From contig NC_058369.1 in assembly GCF_018350175.1 (NCBI RefSeq), positions 1,180,001 to 1,244,000 on the forward strand: a stretch of 64,000 nucleotides of DNA, in the 5' to 3' direction. A model generated the notes under the pieces. It was not told the origin of the DNA. It ran no database searches and saw only the letters and a list, made by a program, of their open reading frames with translations. Shown piece by piece: positions 11,983-23,400 of the stretch (positions within the stretch are counted from its first letter, which is position 1; each line of letters begins with the position of its first letter). The DNA comes from Felis catus. Lineage: Eukaryota. The translations under genes and the position numbers were made by a program.

Positions 11983-13438
11983 AGGGGCCGACCAGCCCTG
12001 CTGCCCGCCCCCGCCGCCCACCTCCCCCGCCCCCGGCCAGAGCGTGGGGCCCACTCGTGTTCATCTCACCTTCGGGCGTGGAGGTCCAGCCTCTGCTGCC
12101 CGGCAGGAGGACGCCTCCCTGGCTGCGAGTCCTGTCTGGTTACCGAAACGCCCACGCCCCCTCCTGTCGAGGTCTCAGAGGGCCGACCACAGGCCTCCCC
12201 ACGGACAAGGCAGCAGCAGGCCGCCCACCCGCCCTTCCTGCAGAGCTGACGGCCCCGTGTCCGCCCGCTCGCCCTCTGCCTTCTCACCTCGTTCCTGACG
12301 GGCTTGGCGTGTGGCCGAGTCACCCATGTCCTCGTCCTTCTAAGTCTCTGTTCACCTGCGGCCAGAGGGCTCTTGTGGACCAGCCTCCGGGGTCGTCCAG
12401 AGGCTCGTTAGCTGGGCTTCCCTGTCCGCCTGCCCCATGCGCTCCGTGCTGGCGCCATTGGCCAGCCTGGCTCCAGCCTTCCTGCCCGCAGTGGCTCTCC
12501 TCCTGGGGACTTGCAGCAGACCTCTGTCGAGACCTGAAACCGGGGGCAGAATCCTTCTGGGGGAGGATGGGGGGGCCGTTGGCCTCTCCCCTCCGTGTAC
12601 AAGCCGAGGAAAGCAGCAGCACCTGGCAGAGGGCGGGTGGCCCGCACGCTCACCGCCTGCCCCCGGCTGCTCGGAGCCTGTGGCCTCACAGCCCTGTGCT
12701 CGAGCTGCGGGAAGCGGGGGATGGAGTTTCTCAGGAGAACGGCTTTTCGGAAGGAAAGAAGACAGGACAAACCTGTGCCTTAGTGAGGAACCGGAACAAG
12801 ACTCCACTTTTCTCCCCTCCGATTGTTCTAGCTCCTTCTGAGACGGAGCAGCCGAATGTCCCATGGGGATCTCCGCAGCACCCTTGTGAACAGATGGTCC
12901 AAAGGAGTAGTGGCCTCTTCGCCCTTGCTGGCCAGGCTTCCCGGGCGCCCGGAGTGCTGCCCCTCTCCTCCCAGCTGGCTGCCTCGGGGTAGGACGGGGA
13001 CCCTCTCCGTCCCACACTGCCGCACCGGGTCGCCGGCCTCTCCAGAAGCCCCAGGACGGCCAGCCTTGTTCTCCACACACGCTTGCTTGCTTTGGCTACT
13101 CGTGCTGAACACCACGTGGTGTCCAAAGGTGGCCGCGGTCCCTGAGAAAGCGCCCGGGTCGGGGTGCCCGAAGGTCAAAGCCTCCTGCGTGGAAAACCCA
13201 AGCCTTGGGTCTCCCGGGGGTCCCTTAACTAAGTCCCCAATTCAGCCTCCGTGAGAGGCACGCATTGCACTAACCGTGGGGCCGAGTCCCTCCCGATGGC
13301 CGGCTCGCCAGGCGGTAGCCCGTCCTGGAGGACCGTGCGTGCAAACGTGCGGATTCGCCCCTGCACAGCCCGTGCCCCTGCGGCGCTGGGCACCTTTGTT
13401 ACGTCGCGGTGGGTTTTGTTACGGGGGAGGATCCTGGA

Positions 13439-13444
13439 AATAAA
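13439..13444 (+). terminator. SCAMP4: Likely SCAMP4 polyadenylation signal
   Basis: First AATAAA I found downstream of the stop codon (about 1.45 kb 3' UTR). Confidence 0.65.
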
Positions 13445-13654
13445 TACTGTAGTCCTGCCTGCATCGCAGAGCCTCTGCGGGGCCGTTTGTGGCTGGCGCG
13501 GCGTGGCCCTACCCGGCGCACGGCCCCGGTGGCCCGTCGCCCCTGCGCCCTGCCCCGCACAGGCACCCCCTCAGCCCTGCCCATCGACCTCCACGGTGTG
13601 CTTCCCTCCTGTCCTCCTTTTCAATCAACTTGGTTTTATACGCTTAGCTGGTTT

Positions 13655-13835
13655 TTTGGTTTTGTTTTTAATTATTACTTTCTAATTTTGAGAGAGAGTG
13701 TGGCGGGGTGGGGGGGGGGGATCCCAAGCAGCCTCCACACTCAGCACCCCGCCCGATTCCACGACCCTTGGGATCATGACCTGAGCCGAAATCGCCAAGA
13801 GTCAGATACGCGTAACCGACTGAGCCCCCCAGCTG
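13655..13835 (-). mobile_element. Can-SINE
   Basis: GGGATCATGACCTGAGCCGAAATC...AACCGACTGAGCCCCCCAG with a T-rich tail. Confidence 0.8.
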
Positions 13836-14124
13836 CTTGACTTCTAATTTGAAAAAGGGAGTTTGCAGAAAATGAGAAACCAGCGTCACTTGGCTTGAAG
13901 GAAAAGTAATGGTGGAAGTGTCCGGAATAAAAACAGGAAGGTCTCACGGAAACCCACCTGGAGGGGCCTCCCCAGGGCTCAGCGTGGCGGCCTGTCGGCA
14001 GAGTGGACATCCCGCGTGGACACAGGAGGGAGGGCGGAGTCCTGTTCCGCAGGACGCTTTGCCGCCACAGGAAGGAAACGAGGCCTGCGGACAGGAACCA
14101 GACAAAGCAAAGCCCCAGGCAAGC

Positions 14125-14485
14125 AGCGTGGGTTGTGTCGTGTCCTCCCCCCAGACCCGTATGTCGAAGTCCTGGCCCTCAGACCTCAGAAGGGGACCTT
14201 ATTTGGGAATAGGGTTGTTGCAGGTATAGCTAGTTGGGGTGAGGTCACGCTGGAGTAGGGTGGGCCCTAAAGCAATGACTGGCGTCCTTCTAAAAAGGGG
14301 ACGTTGGGACTCACTAGCAGGGAGAAGCCCCGCGACGATGGGGCCGAGAGGGGGTGATGCTTCTACAGGCCAAGGGACGCCAAGATTGCAGTGATCCCCG
14401 CAGCCTTGTGATGCTTCCTGGGCTATGTCCTGAGTTGTGAAGATAAATGTTTCGGCTGCAGCAGGAAGGCGCCCCGCAGATATTA
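14125..14485 (+). mobile_element. MLT1 LTR remnant
   Basis: TATGTCGAAGTCCT...GACCTTATTTGGGAATAGGG...GAGGTCACGCTGGAGTAGGGTGGGCCCTAA, a typical MLT1B/C 5' part. Confidence 0.75.
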
Positions 14486-15469
14486 GGGAAACGAAACCAT
14501 GAGGAGATGGGGTGCGCTGTGCTGGGGGGACGCGCCTATGGACGTGGGACACGGGTTGCGTGGGTGTGCCTTGGCTGCAGGTGTCCCCGGGCTGGGTGGG
14601 AGATGGTGTTGGTGGCAGGAGGAGGAGGAGGGGACGGCCAGGAGATGGACGCCCAGGCCCGGAGGAAGGAGTGCACGTGTCCTCGGCCCCCAGGTGACCT
14701 GTAAGGACAGAGGACGGGGGGGTGGCGCTGAGAGTGGGACAGTTTGCCTGGGTGGCTGCTGCAGGAGATCATGAACTGGGGGCTTAAGCCACAGGCGTCT
14801 ATCCTCCCGCCTTCTGGAGGGCAGAGCCTGCAATCCAGGCGAGGCAGGCGGAAAGGCCCTGGCGGGGATGATGGGGCGGTGTGGGGGCTCGGCGTTCTCA
14901 AATCCTGGGGGCCGGACCATCCCAGATCAAGGTCTCCGTGGGGCTGTGTTCCCTCTGCAAGTTCCAGGGACAGGTCCTTCCTGCCTCTCCCAGTTAAGTA
15001 CTAGGACTAACCAGAATTTAAGACAAAGTTTAACATTTGTTAACATTATTTAAAAATATGCTCATTACATTCTAAGATTAAAAAAATAACGTTTTTTAGA
15101 AAAAGGGATGAGTTGTATTCTTTTCATTTTTGCAGAGAGGGCAGCTCTATTCTCCGGTCGCCGCTGCATTCACTGTGTTGTGGCCTGTCTGGGCCCAACA
15201 TAAAGACTGGGGGTGAAAGCTTTATGTGGGAGACAAGAGGGCAGGAGCCAGTAGGGAGGTCAGAGGTACAGGCAGTCGGGGCTCCGTCTCTCTGGGACGC
15301 TTTGGAAGGCACTGAGCCTGTCGCAGGTCGTCCGTGTTTTGGGGGTTGGAGGGCCTTGACTGTGCCCTCACTCAGGTGGAGCGTGGTGGGTGCTGGTCCG
15401 TGGGCCCGTGTGCATACCCCCCGTGGCGGGTCCGTGCCGTGTGCCTGTGTGCTTGGATCTGTGCTCTGC

Positions 15470-16295
15470 TACGAGTTCAGTTGAGTACCTCTCCATCTGT
15501 ATGTTGGAAGTCCTAGCCCCCAGGATCCCAGAAGGTGACCTTCTTTGGAAATAGGGTCATTGAAGGAGTAATTTTTCAAGTTAAGGTGAGGCCACACTGG
15601 AGGAGGGTGGCCCTAATCCAATATGACAGGTGTCTGTAAAAAGGGGACATTGGGACACACAAGCAGGGAGAAGCCCCGTGACGATGGGGCCAATATGGGG
15701 TGATGCTTCTACAGGCCAACGAACACCAAGGTTGCAGTGATTCCCAGCGATGCTGCGAGAGCCTGAGGCAGATTCTCCCTCAGCAGGAATAGCCCTGTGA
15801 CACCTTGATCTTGGACACGTATGGGAGTTGGAATTTCAACATACCTTTCTGGGGACCACAACTCAACCCAAAACAGTGGCCAACTCTGGGTCCACGTCTG
15901 TGGGAGTTTCCTGAGGCTGCCGTTTCAAAGCACCGCAAACTGGGTGGCTTGAAACAACGATTTATCCTCCTAAATGCTGGAGCCCCGAAGCCTGTGTCAG
16001 GGCCGCTGAAATCAAGGTGTTTCAGGGCTGCTCTCCCTCTGGAGGCTACAGGGGAGGGACCGTCCTGCCTCTCCCAGCTCCGGGGGCTCCAGGCGCGCCT
16101 TGGCTTGTGGCTGCATGCCTCGGGTGTCCACTCTGTCCCTGTGTGTCTTCTAAGGACACCAGCCATTGAGTCATGGCCCACCCCGATCCAGCATGGCCTC
16201 ATCTGAATTTAATTTCCTCTGCAAAGACGAAAGACCGTATTTTCAAATAAGGTCCCATTCTGAGGTTTCAGGTGGACTTGAATTTTGGAGTTGAC
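15470..16295. mobile_element. Two MLT1 LTR remnants in opposite orientation (plus about 15470-15830, minus about 15900-16295)
   Basis: GACCTTCTTTGGAAATAGGGTC...CCCTAATCCAATATGAC on plus; GGCTGCCGTTTCAAAGCACCGCAAACTGGGTGGCTTGAAACAAC...CAAATAAGGTCCCATTCTGAGG is the antisense layout. Confidence 0.72.
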
Positions 16296-18039
16296 GCTAT
16301 TCAACCCTCTACCTCGTCCAGGCCTTGGCCCCCTGGGAGTGGGGTGGAGGAGCGCCTCATCTGGGATCTGTGGTGACAAATAGCACATGGCGTGTCCCAT
16401 GCTCGGGTGGCGAGGCCATCTTGGTTTGCTGGGACTTTCAGGGTGTTAGCACGAGAAGTTTCAGGTCCCAGGAGGCCAGGGCACACTGGGGCGCTTGTTC
16501 ACCTATGGTGCATCTCAACACCGCCAGAGTCAGATGCGGGAGAAGCCACACGAGGTCAGAAGACCACTATCCGGGGCACATTTAACATAAGCAGACAGAG
16601 ATACGTCCCGCCCCGCAATCCCAGAGGAGGAGCTGATTGGCTCGCTCTGGGCCAATCAGAGGTGGCTGGTTGGTCACATGGTACAGCCTTGCTGGGGTCC
16701 GTTCTCAGAGGATGAGAGACCTTGGGGGTGGGTAGTTACGCGCAGGAGCTTCTGCACTCTCTCCCAGAAACTCCTGGGTTTCTTCTCATTGGCTACCCCT
16801 CACTGGCTGCCTCTCACGTGCCTTCTGGCCTCGGTTTCCCCTCCAGAGCTCACAGAGAGACAGAACTGTGAGCGTGTGGCACCAGGCCTCACCTTGGGTT
16901 GAGCGTTCTCTTCCACCACAAACACTGGGACTGGGAGTGGGGGGTGCTGCCTCCCCCCAAGCGGGGGGTGGGGGACTGGAGGGAGAACAGTGGGGGCAGG
17001 TGCTACCCACCGGCGGAGGGTACCAGCGTTGCAAGTTTGAAGCCAGGGGACGGCGGGCAAGCCACTTCTCCTTTGTAAACTTCAGTTTCCACATCTCGAA
17101 AACGGGAATGTGCACGTCTGCATCCCTGCCCCACAGGGGGAAAGGCCTGGCTGCAGGGAGCGAAAATCCAATTCAATTTGACAGAAGTGACCCCCGGCAC
17201 CTGCTTGTGCCTGTACGCTGTCACTGGACCCCAGGATGCAGGCCTGTTCCTGTGCTGGGGTCTCTCCAAGGACAGGGAGAGAGAGATGGGCCTGCCTCTT
17301 GTAAGGGTAAAGGAACAGAAGGGGTCGCTTCCTGCCCATGTCCTCCCTGAAACCCACAGCTGTTTGGGATTTATCGGGAGGCTGGGATTTTGTCTGGCTT
17401 TTCCGGATGGGGGGGATGGGCAATGGAGAGAGCAGCTCACCCTTTTTACAATGTTCTTATTGTGCTGAGAGCTCCCACGGGGCTGCTTCCCACCCCAGCT
17501 TTCCAAATGGTGTCCCCATGATCAAAGCTAAAAGGAGGCAGGAACATGTGGACCACATTTGAAGTGGGTCCAAAATGAGGAAGCACAGAGGCCGTTTGCT
17601 TTTTCAGAGACTCAGCGATTAGAGAGATGTTCATTTGAGGCAGACGGTCCTGTGCTGGCAATTCTTTCTCCACGAGTTCCCATAATATACCTGAGGAGGC
17701 TATGGATAGTCCTAACTTACAGATGAGGATGCGGAGAACCAGAGAGGGTGGGTGATCGGTGCATCGTCACACAGCCTTTTACGGGCACAACCCCAGACTT
17801 GGCCTCACTTTCCGTGATCTTTCAGCTGCATAGCCACGCAGCTTTTTACAGGGGCGAGGCTGGAGCTCAGGGTGAAGGCTAGGCTGAAATTCCTCTGGAG
17901 AAGCGGCCACCATGCTTCCTGACCCCCTGGGAACTGAGCGCAGAGAGCAGATTTTCCTAAGGAAGGAGAGAGAGGAGAGATGGGGCCGGGAAGTCCGAGG
18001 AGACAAACCCCTGAGTGCTCCAGAATCTGGAAGGACTGT

Positions 18040-18160
18040 GAACTCTGTTCATTCATTCCGTCATTCCTTTGCCACACGCCGTGATCACACACAGACTGAG
18101 TGCCTGCTGCTGGGTGCACAGACACAGTGAGCAGAGCAGATGTGGTCCCTGGCCTGGCTG
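18040..18160 (-). mobile_element. L2 3' fragment (MIR fragments nearby at about 17060-17150 and 17700-17780)
   Basis: TTCATTCATTC...ACTGAGTGCCTGCT...GGTCCCTG; MIR-like CTTCAGTTTCCACATCT and TTACAGATGAGGA. Confidence 0.55.
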
Positions 18161-18174
18161 GTGGACAAGGTGGA

Positions 18175-18235
18175 TTTCTTTCTGCCTTTTTCTCTTTTCT
18201 TTCTTTCTTTTTCTTTCTTTCTTCCTTTCTTTCCT
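18175..18235. repeat. (TTTC)n-like low-complexity repeat
   Basis: Read directly from the sequence. Confidence 0.8.
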
Positions 18236-19799
18236 GGTAATCCATTGAGCACTGTATTTAGGAGGAGGCTGATTTTAAACAAATCTACTTCTTTATGGAA
18301 AAGGGTCAGGATGTGGTGAGAAAGGACAACTCGGGAATGTGGCATGAGCTCCCTGGAGGTGGTGACAGGGCAAGGGGGCTGGAGAAAGGTGTGGCAGGAT
18401 AAGCCCTAACGTGGCGGGGGGTCCAGGGGTGCAAAAGCACCTGGCTCCGGGGGTCCCAAACAGGCCAGGTCCAGCCTTTCGCTGCCAACAAAATCCAAAG
18501 GCAGAGAACCCGAGTGGCGGTAAAATGAGAAATTTCTTTCAGTGAGGCCAACGCCGGGACAAAAGCAGACTAGCGTCTCAAGACCCCCTCCCAAATGACG
18601 AAAATACTTCCAGGTTTATATGAGGAAACTGTGGGACAAAGTCAGTGGGTATGAGCGTGTGGCCAGTGATGTCGAGCACATCGCTGTCCCGGGGTCCATC
18701 ACGAGTGGGGTCTTGCTGGCTCGGGGCAGTCCCCCTCTTGCTTGTTGGCGTAAATTTTGGTTCCCATCAGGGGATGGTTGCCCTGCAGGCTCTTTTGCCT
18801 GAGTTAAGAGATAAACTGGAAAGAAGTTCACCGATTAGAAAGCACCGACTGAGGCGGAATGGAGGTGGCTGAAGTCCTGGGTTACCAACGCCAGCCTCTG
18901 CGAGCGCTTGGCTTGCCCCCCACCCCCACCCCACCCCGCCCCGCCCCGCCCGCTCATGGCACCCGGCCGCTGGCCCTTCCGGCCGGACTCTTCCCAGCCG
19001 GTTTTCTCTGCATCCCATCTGGCCGCCACCAGCAGGACGGCACTCTTCCACCTGATCACATCTTTTTTCCAGAGTACTGGGCCCTGCCCCACGCTGCCCA
19101 CAAGACCTCGTGAAGGGCCCTGCCCATTATTCACTGCCCGGACCCCCGGGAAAGCCGCGCCCGGGGTCCTGGCCGGCAGCCACCTTGGGAGCCCAGGGCA
19201 AGCCCTGCAGGCCGCGCCAGATCAGGTGGACCTGCCCCCGCCCCTCGAGTTTCCGCTGCCGCGGCGCGCGGCCGGCGGCGGCCCGGGGAGCGCTCCCCCC
19301 GTCCCGCCTTGACCGGCCCTCAGCTGCGCATCGCGGGCGCCGCCCCACCGAGTCCCGGTCACTCCCGGCCCGTCCCCGCGCCGGCCACGCCCCGCGCCAC
19401 CGCCCGGCCGTGACGTCAGGTGGCGAGACCGTGACGTCACAGAAGCGCGGCGGGGCGGCCGGCCACGCGTCGCCATGGCGACGGCAGGCGGGCCCGGGCG
19501 AGCGGCGGGAGCCCCGCCCCCGGGAGGGTGGACGCTGCCCGGCTCCTTCCCCGCGCGCCCGCGCGCTCTCCCCTGCCCCCACCCGAGCCGCGGGGCGCGC
19601 GCCTCCGGGAAACCCCCCGCGGCCAGCGGTCTGGCAGCCCCGGAGCGGCCGCAAAGCGCGGCGGCCGTCGTGCGGCGGCGCCCGCGGCCTCGAAGCCCCG
19701 CCCCGCGCTGAGCCGTCGCGCGCCCCGGGCCGGACGGCGGCTGCGCAGTGGGTGCGGACCCTCCCCCGACGCCGGGGCGTAAGCGCGGGCCGCGGGCGA

Positions 19800-20054
19800 C
19801 GCTGCGAGACCGGGGCGAGCCGGGCGCCCGCGCGGCGGGGACGGCCCGCGCCAACATGCGGAGGCCGGCGGCGGCGGCGGCGGCGGCGGAAGCGGCGGCG
19901 GCGGCGGCGCGGGAGCGGGGGCCCGAGCGGGCGCTGGAGCCGGAGCCGCGGCACGAGCGGGGCCCGGAGCGGGGGCCCGCGCCGCGCTGCTGAGGGAGCC
20001 CGGGCCGCCTGCTGCCCGGCCGGCCACGGCCACGGCCACGGCGGAGGCCCCGAG
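19800..20054 (+). other. CSNK1G2: CSNK1G2 non-coding exon 1 (5' end approximate)
   Basis: Ends at the consensus donor GAG|gtaagg inside the CpG island. The next clear acceptor before the coding ATG is tttctccgccag at 36081-36082, giving an intron 1 of about 16 kb. The TSS cannot be placed from sequence alone. Confidence 0.65.
19866..19907 (+). repeat. (CGG)8-AAG-(CGG)5 trinucleotide repeat in the 5' UTR region
   Basis: Read directly from the sequence. Confidence 0.9.
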
Positions 20055-20304
20055 GTAAGGACGCGCGCGCCCTCGCCGCTGCCACGGCCACGCGCCCGGG
20101 CCGCCGCGCCCCACCGCGCGGACCCCTCACTCCAGACCCTGTTCACCCCCGCCCCCGGGGCCCGTACTCCAACCCCACGTCCCCCGCAGCCCGGGGACTC
20201 CCGCGTTCTACCCGCCGCGTCCTCGCTCCAGACCTTGCCCCTTTCCCCGGGCTCAGGCCTTACTCATTCCGGCTGGCGCCTACCTTGCAGATCTCACGGT
20301 CCTC

Positions 20305-20465
20305 CCCGACCCCCTGACTCCAGAGCCCGCTGTTCTCCACGGACCCCTCACTCCAGACTCTGCTGTCCTCCACGGACCCCTCACTCCAGACCCTCCTGCC
20401 CACTCCCGGTGTGCCCTGACTCCAGACCCTGCTCTCCTCCACTGTCTCCTGACTTCAGACCCCAC
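20305..20465. repeat. Degenerate tandem repeat of about 33 bp, about 5 copies
   Basis: CCT(C/G)ACT(C/T)CAGA recurs, with two near-identical units ACCCCTCACTCCAGAC...CTCCACGG. Confidence 0.7.
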
Positions 20466-23400
20466 TGCCCACTCCCCAGGTCCCCCACCCTCCATCTTTC
20501 ACCCTGGACCCCTGCCCCAGCGCACCCACCCATTCCTGGCTTTGTGGTGTTGAAGGCCCTGAGGGAAGAGCAGGGGCTGGGGGGTGGGGAGCACTGGGGT
20601 GGGGAAGGGGCGTGCAGCCCGAGACCCGCAGCAGGAGGGGTCTCGTCCAGGGTGACCTGTTGCAGGGCACTGCTTGGGAACTGCTGCCTCGGTGTGGCTG
20701 TGCCCTCCCCCTTCCGCCCTTGCCACCGGTTTTGTTTTCCGGAAACACTTCGGATCAGGGAGGGGGTGAGGTGTCTATGCGCCCGGGGCGGTGGCCACGC
20801 TGATCTCCCTGCCCCCTTCTGCCCCAACTTTCTGGGGAAGCTTTCATGTTAGGGGGTGTCGTCCTAGGCAGGCTTGGGGGTTCTTGGCCTCTGGATGGCA
20901 TTGTTTGTGGGCAGTGGCCCTGGAGGGCTCCAGCACTTTGTTCCCAGTCTCCCCACAGAGGACCCTGGCCTCCGGGGGTGTCCACGCATCATCCATCTGC
21001 TGGGGCTCCATCTGCGTGGGTCCTCTGTCCCTACCCTGAAGGACATGGCCAGGCTCAGGCCCCTGTAGCTCGTGGGTGTGAGAGATGAGTGGGAGCACAA
21101 AGGCCCCAGTGTAGGGGGGTGATGTCCGCAGGGACCTGATCTGGTCACCGCCGAAGGAGGTGGTGTCTGTGACGAGAACAGATTGGGAGCCAGACCCGCA
21201 GGTTTGAAAGGGGGAAGTTTGCGGTTTCCCTGGTAGTTTGTTTTTGTTTTTCGCTCGTGTCTCCAAATTGTGCCCCCGGAAAGGGACCCCCAGGCTCTGC
21301 AAGTAGATGGGCAGGGTGATGGCTGGGGACTGACTGTGCACCTCTGGGAGTGCATAGGGGGTGCACACACCTGAGATCATCTGCCCCCCTCCTTCCCAGA
21401 ATGGTGTCAGTAGCCCTGATAATTGGAAGGGGCTGGGGGGCCCCGCTGTGTGTGCTGCATTTGGCTGATGGAAGTGTGACCTGCGTGGGGCCGTGGGGAG
21501 GGAGGTGTGAGAGGAGCTGGCTGGACACACCCGCCCCGCCCCAGCGGTGGGCAGAACCCCAGGGGCTCCGGGCTCGCAGTAGTCATGGGGCACAGGGCTT
21601 GCTTCTTCTGCCTCAGGGTGGCAGTCGGACCTTCTTGGGTAAAGGGGCTTGTGGTCGGATTTTGACTACTTCTCATTTCTCTCGAGGGGATTGGGGATGA
21701 GCGTCTCATTGCCTGGTCCTGGGCGTGTCCCTGCTCGGGGAGGACAGAGCCCCTGTGAAGACAGACTTCTTTGAACTCCTGGTTCCGGTTCCAGCTGGCT
21801 TTCCTCCTTTTTCTCTTAATTACATAGTAATTATCTGTGGGTCGAGAGAGGAAGTAGGTGAGGTGTGTGTTTTTTTTTTTTTTTTTTTTTTTTTTAAGTT
21901 GAAAGCCTTCCCATCTACTCATCCCTGCTCTGGGGAAGCCGGCATGCTAATCAGTGGACATTCCAGACACCTACGGTGTCATCTGTGTCCATGGGGATTT
22001 CCTGGTGGGTCTGAGTAAATGCTTGGGACAGGTCTGGGGGCCCCCGCTGACCCGGTTCCCTCAGGGCTGTACTTATGGAGGGTGGCGTTTCTCCTGGGAT
22101 GCCCAGTAACCTCTTGTCCCGTGATTGCCTTTGGTGCCCATCCCCCGGCCCCCATGGAGCTGTCCCAGGCCACCTCCCGAGCAGCCAGGGTCCCTTGTCC
22201 TGGTTGTGGTGGGTTCTTGGTACATTCATTCCAGGTGGGCCCTGAAAACCCAGGCCTGAGCAGCTGGGGCTCCGTCTCCTCCTGTGAGGAGTTAGAAGTC
22301 CATCAAGGCCCTGGGTCAGGTGATGGGCAGAGGGCTGGGGAAGGAGCAGGAGAGACGGGGTGCTGGGGGCCGCCAGCCTTCAGGCCTTTGGTGGCATTGG
22401 GCAGGCCAGTGTGGGCGTGCTGGTTGGGGTTGGGGTCCGCGTCAGTGTCGGGTGGCCCGTCGCACCCGATGGATGCCTTGGGGTCTTGGGCTACGCGGCG
22501 GGACACGCCAGGGCGCGCTCTGATGACTGGTCGGCAATGTTGACGTGTGGCACACTCCGTGAACCTTTGGGGAAGGGGACACCCGAACCAAGTCTTGGTT
22601 GGCGTGGGAGGACCCCACCTAGGGCGGTTTCGAGTCTGCTCCCTTCCCCTTTTGGGGTTTGGGGAGCCCGTGCCGGGCCGAGCCCTGAGAGACCCTCTGA
22701 GTGTGGAAGACAGCGCGCACGCCTGTGCTCCCCGGTGCCCGCGGGACCGGCCCACGCAGGAGTGGGTGTGGCGGGAGCCTGCTTGTAAGCACTCCCCCGC
22801 CCTCACTCTCCCCGTGGATGGTGGCCTGCCTTTACGTCTCTCTCCTGCCCGGCTTCTACAGAAGCTTCTGGTGCAGGCCGTGCTCGCGCAGGGCCCTAGT
22901 GGCGTGGGGGTCCACACGCAGGGCCGGAGGCGCTGTCACAGGGTGGGGATGACAGCACATCTTTTCCTTGCTCAGAAACCCCGTGTCTTCCTGCTCCCAA
23001 GAACAGACCGTGGCTCTGGGCCTGGCTGTCACGCCGCTCCTGTCCAGGCCTTGTTTGGGGTCCCCTTCTCTAGAAGGCCTCCCACGTGCTCTGTTCAACC
23101 TCGGGGGGGGGGCAGCCGGAGGTCCCCTCTGGGAGCCTTCCCCCTTGGGACAGGTCCTTTCCCTTCTGGGAGCTCGGCCACAGCCATAGTCGAATGCTGG
23201 GTTATTCCTGTGAGTTCCTGGTGGCGCGAGAAGGCAGTCAAGTCAACTAGCAGGCCGGAGCTGGGGTGCAAGGTCGGCTCTCAGGTTACACCTCCCGAGG
23301 TTCTCGAGAGCCGCAGTGACCCGGAGGAGCGAGTCCCTCAGCGGAGAGGGTGGCCGTGGGGACCGGCGTGGACAGAGTGCGTGCAGGGGAGGGTGGGGAA

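Larger units (their letters stand above)
19130..20230 (+). promoter_or_regulatory. CSNK1G2: CpG-island promoter of CSNK1G2
   Basis: Very high GC and CpG density, GC boxes, two TGACGTCA CREs (19411-19418, 19432-19439), a palindrome at 19468-19483, followed by a strong splice donor at 20055. Confidence 0.85.

Noticed and set aside
11973..12992. 339-aa ORF after the SCAMP4 stop
   Set aside because: It lies in the GC-rich 3' UTR, starts at a non-ATG codon and has no recognisable protein features.
19475..19711. 78-aa ORF from a strong-Kozak ATG (GCCATGG)
   Set aside because: The ATG is the centre of the promoter palindrome and is probably upstream of the TSS. It is better explained as a DNA motif, though this is unproven without CAGE.
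19110..20852. 580-aa plus-strand ORF and overlapping 225-339 aa minus-strand ORFs
   Set aside because: Low-complexity Arg/Pro/Ala/Gly translations caused by stop-codon scarcity in a CpG island. The plus ORF runs across a strong splice donor and has no recognisable domain.
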